Below are positions 55,864 to 64,000 of a DNA stretch of 64,000 nucleotides, one piece after another. Position 1 is the stretch's first letter; every line of letters begins with the position of its first letter. The notes beneath the pieces were generated by a model. That model did no database searches. It worked only from the letters and a program-made list of their open reading frames with translations, and was not told the DNA's origin. Origin of the DNA: an uncultured archaeon (GTDB lineage: Archaea; Thermoproteota; Nitrososphaeria; Nitrososphaerales; Gagatemarchaeaceae); the NCBI GenBank assembly GCA_963817525.1, contig CAWFOU010000001.1, positions 352,001-416,000 of the forward strand, read 5' to 3'. The translations under genes were made by a program, and so were the position numbers.

Positions 55864-57681
55864 TCAGCTCTTAGGTGACGATATCCTACCAGCGCCCTTA
55901 TCTGCCTCGTTGGGTTGTTTTGATTGGACGCGCTTCTGCAGACCATACATCTCCACGAGCTCCTTCACCGTCGTGGCGTCCTCCGGCCCCTTCTCGTCCC
56001 GTATCTTTCCGGTGAACTTGGGGAAGCGCAGCGCTAGCCCGCTCCCCTCCCTCAGCTCGTCCATCGCCACCGGGTAGATGGGGGAGAGGGTGATTTCCGA
56101 CGCGATGGTCTCTATCACCACCTTGGGGCGATACCACACGTCTGGCACCAGCTCCGACTCCACGTCCGGTGGCTTCACGGAGCTCTCGTACGGCGCGAGA
56201 AGCTTGGGGAACCTCTCGAGGTCCGCGTCGCTGAATCCCGTGCCGATTTTGGTGGCGGTCGGGAATTTCTTCTTCTTAGAGTCGTAGGCCGCGAGGAGGT
56301 AGGCACCGTAGACTCCTACCCTCCTCCCCCTCCCGTGGAACGCCCCGACTATCACGAGGTCGATGGTGTCTGTGAGCTCGCTGCTGTACTCGCGCTTGAG
56401 CTTGATCCACCCGAACTCCCTTGCGCCGGCGCGGTAGATGCCGTCGGGCTTCTTCGCCATAATCCCCTCGCACCCCTCCGATATGGCCAGCTCCATGAAC
56501 TCCTCCATCTCCTTAGCGCTCTCGACCATCTTCTGGGGGACTGGGCGAGTGAACTCCGTCACCTGCACCACCCTCTCGAGCTTAGCGCGGCGCTTTAGGT
56601 ACGGCTGGCCCGTGATGTCCTTCCCGTCGACGTTGAGCGCGTCGAAGAAGTTCACCGAGACCGGGTACTGCTTCATCATCTCCTCTATTCCGTGCTTCCT
56701 CCTCCTGTGCATCAGCTCCTGGAACGGCAGGTACTCCCCGGTGTTGGGGTTGATCGCGACGACCTCTCCCTCGAGGACGGCGCGCTTGGACTTTACGTAG
56801 CTCCTGACGTAGCTGACCACGTCGGGGTAGTTCGAGGTGATCCTCTCGAGGCGCCTCGAGAACAGGTCCACCTTCTCGCCGTCCTTGTGCATCTGGAGCC
56901 TCTCGCCGTCGAGCTTGTACTCGGCGGCCACGGGCTTGCCAATCTGGTCGAGGATGGCTTGGGCGGATTTTAGGCGCTCCGCGAGCATCGGCCTGATGGG
57001 CTTCCCTACCTCGAGGTGTATCTTCTCGACGCCTGGGAGCCCCTCCTCCGCCGCGACGCCCACCACAAAGCCGAGGTCGGACGTGACGTTGTAGGCTCTC
57101 TCGAGGACCTTCCTGTGCGACTTGTCCCCGAGGAGCGCAACCGCAGCGCCGTCCAGGATTGTGTAGTCCGCGACTCCGAACCTGAGCACTCCCATTGCGG
57201 TCCTGAGGATGTACTTCGCCTCCACCGGGCTCGCGTCATTGAGCAGGCTCACGAGCTCCCTGAGCTTGGACTCTATCGACCCTCCGCCGCTGGTCTTTGC
57301 TATCGAGAAGAGCGAGTCGTAGACCCGCCTGAGGGTGAGGGGCTCCGAGACCAGCGAGCCCTGCCTCTCCCGCCCAGAGCCGCGCTCGAGGAGGACCTGG
57401 GCCGCGCTCCCGATGTCCCCCGCCTTGATGTAGGCGTCCTTGACCTCCTGGGGCGTTCTCCCCGTCGCGGTGGCCAGCGCCCTGAGGGCGAGCTTCTCGG
57501 CTATCCCGAGCTCAACGCCCTCGTAGTCGGGACGGAGCTTTCCCTGCATCAGGTACGCGAGGATGGGCAAGTCTGCCTTGGGGGTCTCCTTGAAGAGGGA
57601 CGAGAGTATCTCCGTCATTTGGAGCCTCCCGCTCGTAGCTTCCAGCTTGTCGAAGTATTCGGCGACGAGTGAGTACTTCAA
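55864..57681 (-). CDS. lig: ATP-dependent DNA ligase
   Basis: EYKLDGER, EGIMAK, WIKLK, LRFPKF..IRDEK. Confidence 0.96.
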   Translation of the reverse strand: MKYSLVAEYFDKLEATSGRLQMTEILSSLFKETPKADLPILAYLMQGKLRPDYEGVELGIAEKLALRALATATGRTPQEVKDAYIKAGDIGSAAQVLLERGSGRERQGSLVSEPLTLRRVYDSLFSIAKTSGGGSIESKLRELVSLLNDASPVEAKYILRTAMGVLRFGVADYTILDGAAVALLGDKSHRKVLERAYNVTSDLGFVVGVAAEEGLPGVEKIHLEVGKPIRPMLAERLKSAQAILDQIGKPVAAEYKLDGERLQMHKDGEKVDLFSRRLERITSNYPDVVSYVRSYVKSKRAVLEGEVVAINPNTGEYLPFQELMHRRRKHGIEEMMKQYPVSVNFFDALNVDGKDITGQPYLKRRAKLERVVQVTEFTRPVPQKMVESAKEMEEFMELAISEGCEGIMAKKPDGIYRAGAREFGWIKLKREYSSELTDTIDLVIVGAFHGRGRRVGVYGAYLLAAYDSKKKKFPTATKIGTGFSDADLERFPKLLAPYESSVKPPDVESELVPDVWYRPKVVIETIASEITLSPIYPVAMDELREGSGLALRFPKFTGKIRDEKGPEDATTVKELVEMYGLQKRVQSKQPNEADKGAGRISSPKS

Positions 57682-57723
57682 GCCGACCCGTGCGCTCTCC
57701 CCGATTCTCCGTTATAACATCTA

Positions 57724-58740
57724 TCAGGCGGAGGGGCTATACAGGGCGTCCACGAACGACGACGGGGACGGCAGCCTCAAGCCCGCCGCCTGGAGCTGGC
57801 TGATGACCGAGTGCGTCGAGAGCTCGACGGGATAGGAGTACTCGGACTCCACGCGCCTCAGCGTGGACGACTCTAGGCCCGATAGCGCTGCGTACGCGGA
57901 CGAGAAGGACCCCCTGCCCCTCTTGAACTCGTCCATGGCGGCGGAGTAGCACCTCGAGAGGTTCGAAAGGACGCGGTCGCCGAGGTGGTTCCCCGCGGCC
58001 GCGGCACAGCAGACATGCTCCGAGAGGTCCGAGTACCTCATTATCCTCCTCGCTCCCTTGGACTCGTACATGGAGGCGTAGGGTTCCCAGACAGCGCAGA
58101 CGTCGGCGGAGCCTGAGAAGAGGGCGCTCTCGATCTCGTGTGGGCTGTCCGCGTAGGAGATCGCCCCCACCTCGGGGATCGCGTGGCTGCTCTCCGCCGC
58201 CCTCATGAGCACCTCCATCGTGGACATCTTGGTGCACACCGCGCTCACGCCCTCCCGCCGCGCGCGGCTCTTCTTTGGGCTCCCCAGCACGCTCGAGCCG
58301 CCCGAGCCCGCCGGTCCGATTATCTTGAAGGGGGCGTCAAGCGAATGCATCACGAAAAGCGTGATGAGCGGCGCTATCCCGACGTCTATCCGGAGCATCG
58401 ACAGGTCGCGAGCCACCGCGACCCCGTTGTCGTAGATGCGGAAGTCCAGCTCGAAGCCTTTCTCTCTGAGGGTCCTTCTCAAGGGCACGAGGAACGGGTA
58501 CTCGGCCGCGCGGGTGAAGCCCAGTCGCAGCCTGCTGCGGGTCCGTGCCCGTCCGGCAGAGTACATTATCCTGGCATTCCTCCCCTCCCTCGTCCTCGTT
58601 ATCATCCTCCTCTCCTCTAGTCTGGAGAGGACCTCCGAAACCGTGGAGCGCGAGAAGCCCGTCGCCCTCATTAAGTCTGACTGGTAAGCTACTCCGTTCT
58701 TTCGGAGAATCTCCAGCGTCTCCACCTCCGCACGCCCCAT
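57724..58740 (-). CDS. winged-HTH regulator fused to an NMT1/SsuA-like solute-binding domain
   Basis: YQSDLMRATGFSRSTVSEVLSRLE; LRLGF..AAEY, AVWEPY, HVCC. No signal peptide. Confidence 0.75.
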   Translation of the reverse strand: MGRAEVETLEILRKNGVAYQSDLMRATGFSRSTVSEVLSRLEERRMITRTREGRNARIMYSAGRARTRSRLRLGFTRAAEYPFLVPLRRTLREKGFELDFRIYDNGVAVARDLSMLRIDVGIAPLITLFVMHSLDAPFKIIGPAGSGGSSVLGSPKKSRARREGVSAVCTKMSTMEVLMRAAESSHAIPEVGAISYADSPHEIESALFSGSADVCAVWEPYASMYESKGARRIMRYSDLSEHVCCAAAAGNHLGDRVLSNLSRCYSAAMDEFKRGRGSFSSAYAALSGLESSTLRRVESEYSYPVELSTHSVISQLQAAGLRLPSPSSFVDALYSPSA

Positions 58741-58774
58741 GGCGTAGTCCACGCTCCAACGTTTAATAAGATAT

Positions 58775-58790
58775 CCGAACACATGTTCGG
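58775..58790. promoter_or_regulatory. palindromic operator candidate
   Basis: CCGAACA-CA-TGTTCGG just downstream of TTTAATA, between the divergent regulator and permease. Confidence 0.55.
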
Positions 58791-58859
58791 CCTTGGAGAC
58801 CCGACGGGCATGGACTCGTTGCCTGCTCGGAACTCCTCCGACAACCAAGTGAACTTTCT

Positions 58860-60156
58860 TTGGAGAAGCTTGGCATAGAGCACGTGGAGGACGAGAAGAG
58901 GCACGGGTCACCGTTCAACACCTTCACCCTGTGGTTCGGGGCCAACCTCACAATCGCGGACTTTGCCCTGGGGTCTCTCTTCTTCGGGCTTCCCTTCTCG
59001 AGCATAGTCGTCGCCATAGTCGTGGGGAACGTCCTCGGGGGCCTCTTGCTCGGGCTCATGGCCTCCATGGGCCCCACCTTCGGCTACCCCCAGATGATGA
59101 TATCGCGGGCGGTCATGGGGAAGAGCGGGAACGTCCCCTTCGCGCTCGCGAACTGGATAAGCACCGTGGGTTGGTTCACCGTGAACATCATCCTGGGGGG
59201 CTACGCTCTGCAGCTGGCCTTCGGGCTGCCGTTCTTCGTCGGCGCGGGGATCATGGTCATCGTCGACGTAGCTCTCGCGACCTACGGGCACGACATCATC
59301 CACACCTTCGAGAAGATCATGTCTGTCGTCCTCGCGGTGATGTTCGGGGCCATCGCCGTCCTCGCGTACTTCAAGATGGGCGTCAACTTCTCCACCTATC
59401 AGGCCTCCGCCTCTTTCGGCCTCTACTTTTGGGCGCTCGTGGTCGCCGTCGTCTTCTCATACCTTATGAGCTGGTCGCCCTACGCCAGCGACTATTCCAG
59501 ATATCTCCCTCGGACCTCATCAAAGTGGAAGATCATGGCCTACACCATGGCCGGCGGGGCGATAGCCAGCGCGTGGGCGGAGTTTGCGGGTTTCTTCGTC
59601 TACGTAAGCGCCAACAACACCAGCCTCAACGCCATCGCCGCCCTCGCATCGGTCTCGGGAAGCTACCACGTCTTCGCCCTCGTCGCAATCGTTCTCGGTG
59701 CCATAGCTGCGGACGCCCTCAACCTCTACACCAACTCGCTCTCTGCCCTTGTCCTCTACAAGAAAGCGGGTCGGGTGCAGACGGTCCTCTTGGCGGGCGT
59801 CGTCGGATTCGTGCTCGCGCTTGCTGGCTCGTCGAACTTCGGCACATTCTATCAGAACTTCCTCTTGACTCTGGACTACTGGATCACGCCATGGATCGGC
59901 GTGGTGCTGGGGGCCTTCTTCGTCAAGAAAATCGCCTCGGGAGTGGAGAGCGCGCCGCCATTTCTCAAGACGGGCCTGGGAGCCTACGTCTTGGGACTCT
60001 TGGTCTCGGTGCCCTTCATGAACCTGTCCTCGTACGGGGTGAACTACGTCAGGGCCCATTGCGAACCTGATTGGCGGCGCTGACGTGAGCTACTTCGTCG
60101 CCGCGCTGGTGGCCTTCGCGGCCTATGCCCTCATCGCGCGGCGTCAGAAGACTTAA
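58860..60156 (+). CDS. NCS1 purine-cytosine permease; frameshift near 60051
   Basis: WFGAN, GYPQMMISR, SWSPYASDYSRY. The last helix GPIANLIGGADVSYF... is in the shifted frame. Confidence 0.85.
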
Positions 60157-60195
60157 TTGCCCCGTCCGGACGCCGAGAAACCAGGCGCATTTGAG

Positions 60196-60540
60196 ATGGG
60201 CGGCACAAAGAAGAAATCACTAGCCTCGATGGAAAAGTCGCAGGACGATAACGCTAACTCCGCCGCTGGAGGAGGGGACCAGCCCGGAAAGAAGAAGGTC
60301 GAGAAGACCAAGGTGGTCGGCGAGCGTAAAAAAGTCGACGTGCTGATGCCGCGCATGAACGACCAGGAGCTCTTGAAGACCCTGACTTCGCTGAAGGCCA
60401 TCACAATCTACGGAGCCGCCAAGTCGCTCGCTGTAAACGCCGCCGTGGCAAAGAGCGTCATCTCGTCGCTCGAGTCCAAGGGCATGGTGAAGCGCGTCGG
60501 CGGCTTTAGCGGCCACTACGTCTGGACAGCCGCTTCCTGA
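60196..60540 (+). CDS. rps25e: 30S ribosomal protein eS25
   Basis: MGGTKKKSLASMEK, AITIY...VN...A...LE..G, VGGFSGH. Confidence 0.85.
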   Translation: MGGTKKKSLASMEKSQDDNANSAAGGGDQPGKKKVEKTKVVGERKKVDVLMPRMNDQELLKTLTSLKAITIYGAAKSLAVNAAVAKSVISSLESKGMVKRVGGFSGHYVWTAAS

Positions 60541-60911
60541 GCCGACGCCGCAGATATCTGCACGACGTCTCCGGCTGTCGCGCTTTCAAGGACCTCCAGC
60601 CCTGCCTCTATCTTTCCGACTGGATTGAGGGGTCGCTCGCTCTTCACGTTCTTCAGAAATATGCAAATCGAGCCGGTCGCCGCCAAGAGGGCGACGTCGC
60701 CCCTCGAGAACTCCATCCTCTGCTTCTCCACCCCCGTCTTGATCGTCGTAAGCAAGATTATCATCCCCGGATAAATCGTCGCCCTCGACGCTGTCGGGAA
60801 CTCGTCGAGAAGCGCCGTCACCGTGACGGGTGCGAGGTGCCGATAGAGGCCAAGGGTGAAACCGCCCTTGCCCCTCACCGTCGCTGCGCACTCGATCTTC
60901 GAGACAGACAC
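60516..60911 (-). CDS. cyclophilin-like fold protein
   Basis: RHLAPVTV, GVEK, GDVA, ICIF, PLNPVGKI. Confidence 0.7.
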   Translation of the reverse strand: MSVSKIECAATVRGKGGFTLGLYRHLAPVTVTALLDEFPTASRATIYPGMIILLTTIKTGVEKQRMEFSRGDVALLAATGSICIFLKNVKSERPLNPVGKIEAGLEVLESATAGDVVQISAASAQEAAVQT

Positions 60912-61107
60912 GGGTCTTCTTCCCTTGGTGGTCGCCGGTCGGTATTTATGCCATCGTGACGCGGGTCTCCGCGTCGGGGGCGGGCGGCCCGTTGCGGCGT
61001 TAAGAGCATCCGAACAAAGTCCGAAGAAGGCGCTGGAAACTCCGAGTTTTCAGCAAGCACAAGACTTATCCGGCCCCCCAAATGGGCCTTGTAGTTCTGG
61101 GTTTTTC

Positions 61108-61404
61108 GTGGTCACTATCGCGGCATCTAAGGAGAAGAAGAGGGGAAAGAGGGCGGCAGAAGAGGGCTTTGAGATTCTTATCGGCCCGCAGAAGCTGACC
61201 AGGTTCGAAAGGGCCAGGATTGTGGGCGCCAGGTCGCTCCAGCTCGCGATGGGCGCACCCTCGTTCGTCCCCAGCGACGAGACGATACGCGACTCCATCG
61301 CCCTCGCCATGGTCGAGCTCGCGAGCGAAGCGCTCCCGATATCGATAAGGCGCTCTCTGCCCAACGGGCATTCGCAAGACATCCCGATAAAGTACCTGCT
61401 GTGA
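61108..61404 (+). CDS. rpo6: RNA polymerase subunit Rpo6 (K)
   Basis: LTRFERARIVGARSLQLAMGAP, LPISIRR.LP. Confidence 0.93.
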   Translation: MVTIAASKEKKRGKRAAEEGFEILIGPQKLTRFERARIVGARSLQLAMGAPSFVPSDETIRDSIALAMVELASEALPISIRRSLPNGHSQDIPIKYLL

Positions 61405-61496
61405 GACGCGCGCCCACCGGGCCTGCAGCACCCCACATCATCTACAATCTTTTCTTCGGTATGCATAAATAGTCAAAGGAGGGAGAGCCGGCTACA

Positions 61497-61859
61497 ATGT
61501 CAGCCAAACCAAGCATGAAGAGACAACCCAGAGCCACCGTCGAGGAGAAGACTGAATCTCCAACCGAAGAAGTCCGAACGTTCTCGGGGCCATCTAACCA
61601 CATCTACGTTGGTAAGAAACCAGTGATGAGCTATGCGATGTCGGCGCTCATCCAGCTCTCGCAAGCAGGAGAGGTCAACATAAAGGCAAGGGGCCTCGCA
61701 ATCAGCAGAGCAGTCGATGTGGCGGAGATCGTCACAAAGCGACTAGGCAACGGCACCTTCACCGTGAAGAACGTCAACATCAGCACGGAGCAGGTGAAGA
61801 GCACCGAGACCGGTGAGATGCGCAACGTCTCCTCGATCGAGATACTCGTAGGCAAGTAA
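61497..61859 (+). CDS. albA: chromatin/RNA-binding protein Alba
   Basis: IYVGKKPVMSY, KARGLAISRAVDVAE, VSSIEI. Confidence 0.95.
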   Translation: MSAKPSMKRQPRATVEEKTESPTEEVRTFSGPSNHIYVGKKPVMSYAMSALIQLSQAGEVNIKARGLAISRAVDVAEIVTKRLGNGTFTVKNVNISTEQVKSTETGEMRNVSSIEILVGK

Positions 61860-62471
61860 CTAACTCAGCTTAGAGTAGCCGAAAGTTCCGAAAAGCCAAT
61901 CGCCTCTTCAGGCATATTCACTTGCGGCCTAGCGTGGGCTGTAATGCTCGAAGCGCCTCTTTCCGGCCCTACGTGTCGGAGGGCGTGAGCACGCGGGACA
62001 TGCGGCGAGGAAGGTAGGGCGGCGCGGTAGAGGCTAGATTCTCCGGGTCGTCACGATGACGTCGATGCGGCTGACGCACCTCCGGATTTTCGCACTGCGC
62101 CGGCGCGCTTGAATGCCGGATCCTCGCAATTCTCCCTCGCGAGCCCTTCAGCGAACCCGTTCAAATCGTCGAGGCTTTCTCGACGCGACGCGCGGATCAA
62201 GACACGTTCATCTTTTGACGGGACAAACCTTTTGCGCGCGCGGCCTGCAGCGGCTGGGGACCATAGTCGAACGCGTCGGCGATCATAATCGGTTTGGAAG
62301 AATTTTGGCTGCGAGTTCTCGCAGGCCCAGAATAATTTTTTGGTTGGCGTTCGGAAACTATTTTTCCATTATAGATTTGAAATTCTTTTTTCGAGAAAAA
62401 AATCTGTGCGAGAAATTTTTTTTGCCATATCTTTTTAAGCGAATTGAAAAAGGGATTGACTATCAACAAAA

Positions 62472-63809
62472 TTGCCTGAAAATCGGGCGCAACCGGTGTC
62501 GCGAATGCGGAATGCGACACCCAAGTTCTCTGACCAAGAATTATTCCATCTGGCAGAGAAATTTGGAACACCATACTTTCTCATAGACGAGACGGCACTG
62601 CGGAAAAATGTCAGCGAGCTAGAGCAGGCATACCAAAAGTTCAAGGGACCGTTCCGCATGGCTTACTCGATAAAGGCCAACCACAACCCTAGCGTGATCA
62701 AGACCTTCGTCTCCGAGGGGATCATGTTCGACCTCACAGCCAGCAACGAGCTATACTTCCTTCTAAAGTGCGGAGGATCCGCGGAGAACGTGATCTACAC
62801 GAGCATCACCGAGACGTTGGCGGAGTACAAACAGATCCTGAAGTTCGGCGTGCGCAAGATCGTCGTTTCGAGCTACAACGGGCTCCTGAACCTGATAGAA
62901 GCGAAGACGGCGGTCGGCGATGAGGTGGAAGTCCTGGTCCGCGTCAATCCAGAGGTGAGCGTAAAGGCCGAGCTCAGGTTCTCCATAAAGCACGGAAAGT
63001 TCGGCGTCCCTCTAGACTCGGCGAACGAGGACAGCGCGATGCACCTGCTCAGGAAGATACTCTCCACTCCGGGTCTTAGCTTCGAAGGGTTCCACTTCCA
63101 CCTCGGGAGCCAGATAGACGACCCTTCGTGCTTCACCGTCGCGCTAGAGAAGCTGGAGAGCTTCATAATGGGTGCGCGACGAGAGCTGGGAGATTTTCCA
63201 ATTCGGACGATAGACGTAGGGGGCGGCCTTCCAGCGGCCTACGGGAAGATCGTCCCGACCGCGTCCGACTTCTCCGCGCAAATCCTAGAGCAGCTAAACA
63301 GCATTGTCGAGCGCTTGGGCAAGAAGTTCACGCTCATCGTCGAGAGCGGGAGGTTCCTCTCAGCGGAGTCCACCATCCTGGTGTCTCGCATAGTCAACGT
63401 CAAGAAGTTCGACGAGACGAAGTACGTCTACCTCGACACGGGCTACCACAATCTCCTCGACTCGGCGCTTCTAAAGCACGAGTACCCAGTCGAGGTCGTC
63501 CCGGGCGGGACGCACACCCCGAGGAAGAGCATATTGTCGGGTAGGCTCTGCGACGCCCTCGACATCTTTCCAACATCTTCGAGGTCCAAACTCGGGGGCG
63601 CCGAGCCTGGCAAGCTCGTGGTCTTCAGGGACGTGGGCGCGTACTCGTTCGTCCTCGGCTCGCAATTCCATTGCCAGCCCAAGCCCTACATCCTGATGCG
63701 CACGACCCAGGGGAACCACATGGTCGTCCGCAAGGGCCAAAACATCGACGACCTGTTCAGAGAGGAAGGCGGCGAGCTCCCCACCAAGTTCTCCAACACG
63801 CGGCACTAG
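62472..63809 (+). CDS. lysA: PLP-dependent decarboxylase (diaminopimelate/ornithine decarboxylase family)
   Basis: YSIKAN, KFG, HFHLGSQ, DVGGG, ESGR, GRLCD, VGAY. Substrate not certain. Confidence 0.75.
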   Translation: MPENRAQPVSRMRNATPKFSDQELFHLAEKFGTPYFLIDETALRKNVSELEQAYQKFKGPFRMAYSIKANHNPSVIKTFVSEGIMFDLTASNELYFLLKCGGSAENVIYTSITETLAEYKQILKFGVRKIVVSSYNGLLNLIEAKTAVGDEVEVLVRVNPEVSVKAELRFSIKHGKFGVPLDSANEDSAMHLLRKILSTPGLSFEGFHFHLGSQIDDPSCFTVALEKLESFIMGARRELGDFPIRTIDVGGGLPAAYGKIVPTASDFSAQILEQLNSIVERLGKKFTLIVESGRFLSAESTILVSRIVNVKKFDETKYVYLDTGYHNLLDSALLKHEYPVEVVPGGTHTPRKSILSGRLCDALDIFPTSSRSKLGGAEPGKLVVFRDVGAYSFVLGSQFHCQPKPYILMRTTQGNHMVVRKGQNIDDLFREEGGELPTKFSNTRH

Positions 63810-63842
63810 ACTCGAGGCAGTTTCGCGTTCTCGCTCCGTCCG

Positions 63843-64000
63843 CTAGCCCGATGCGAGGATCTTTCTCAGCACAGTCCTGCCGGCGAGCGTTCCCATCGAG
63901 CCCAGTTTGGCGTCCCTCTCCGTGAACCTGCAGGAGCTCGCGTCCTTGGCGGTCCTCTTCCCGGTCACGAGGAGCGGCACGGGGTCGGCCGAGTGCATCT
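63843..64000 (-). CDS. apgM: C-terminus of 2,3-BPG-independent phosphoglycerate mutase (partial)
   Basis: MHSADPVPLLV...RFTER..KLGSMG. Confidence 0.75.
   Translation of the reverse strand, partial: MHSADPVPLLVTGKRTAKDASSCRFTERDAKLGSMGTLAGRTVLRKILASG

Noticed and set aside
58741-58859. TPP riboswitch upstream of the NCS1 permease
   Set aside because: The leader is short and lacks the CTGAGA and AGCGTAGGGA-type cores.
15276-63925. Many long overlapping or antisense ORFs (e.g. 22204-23358, 24286-25350, 32228-33109, 58931-60070)
   Set aside because: Shadow frames of GC3-rich genes with no recognisable motifs.
1-64000. CRISPR array, rRNA or tRNA genes
   Set aside because: No regularly spaced repeats, rRNA signatures or cloverleafs were found by eye.

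Overview
GC-rich archaeal chromosome segment, most likely Nitrososphaerota/TACK (PolB1, eS25, eS26, Alba, Rpo6, EndA, TackOD1-type protein). Layout: (1) 0.1-2.4 kb, an IS6-family transposon with perfect 15-bp TIRs, an 8-bp TSD and passenger genes, interrupting a host gene. (2) 3-15 kb, an island of membrane-anchored Ser/Thr/Cys-rich extracellular proteins. (3) 15.7-25.3 kb, a glycan/heptose cluster (flippase, GmhA, GmhB, transaldolase, two epimerases) with a frameshifted TnpB. (4) PolB1 with two inteins, then thrS. (5) 33.2-38.6 kb, the highlight: a 5.4-kb integrated plasmid-like element with an IS91-like HUH Rep, an RHH-Zn regulator, two surface proteins and a tyrosine integrase. Its own 9-bp att core ATATTTATA splits the integrase gene, the halves rejoin in frame on circularisation, and the target is the apparent TATA box of a host operon containing thrS rather than a tRNA. 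(6) 38.7-64 kb, mostly housekeeping genes, plus an egghead-like GT2 operon, an IS5 element and an HTH-solute-binding regulator divergent from an NCS1 permease. No rRNA, tRNA or CRISPR array was seen. Several 1-2 nt frameshifts may be assembly errors. All family calls are from motif recognition by eye, not database searches.
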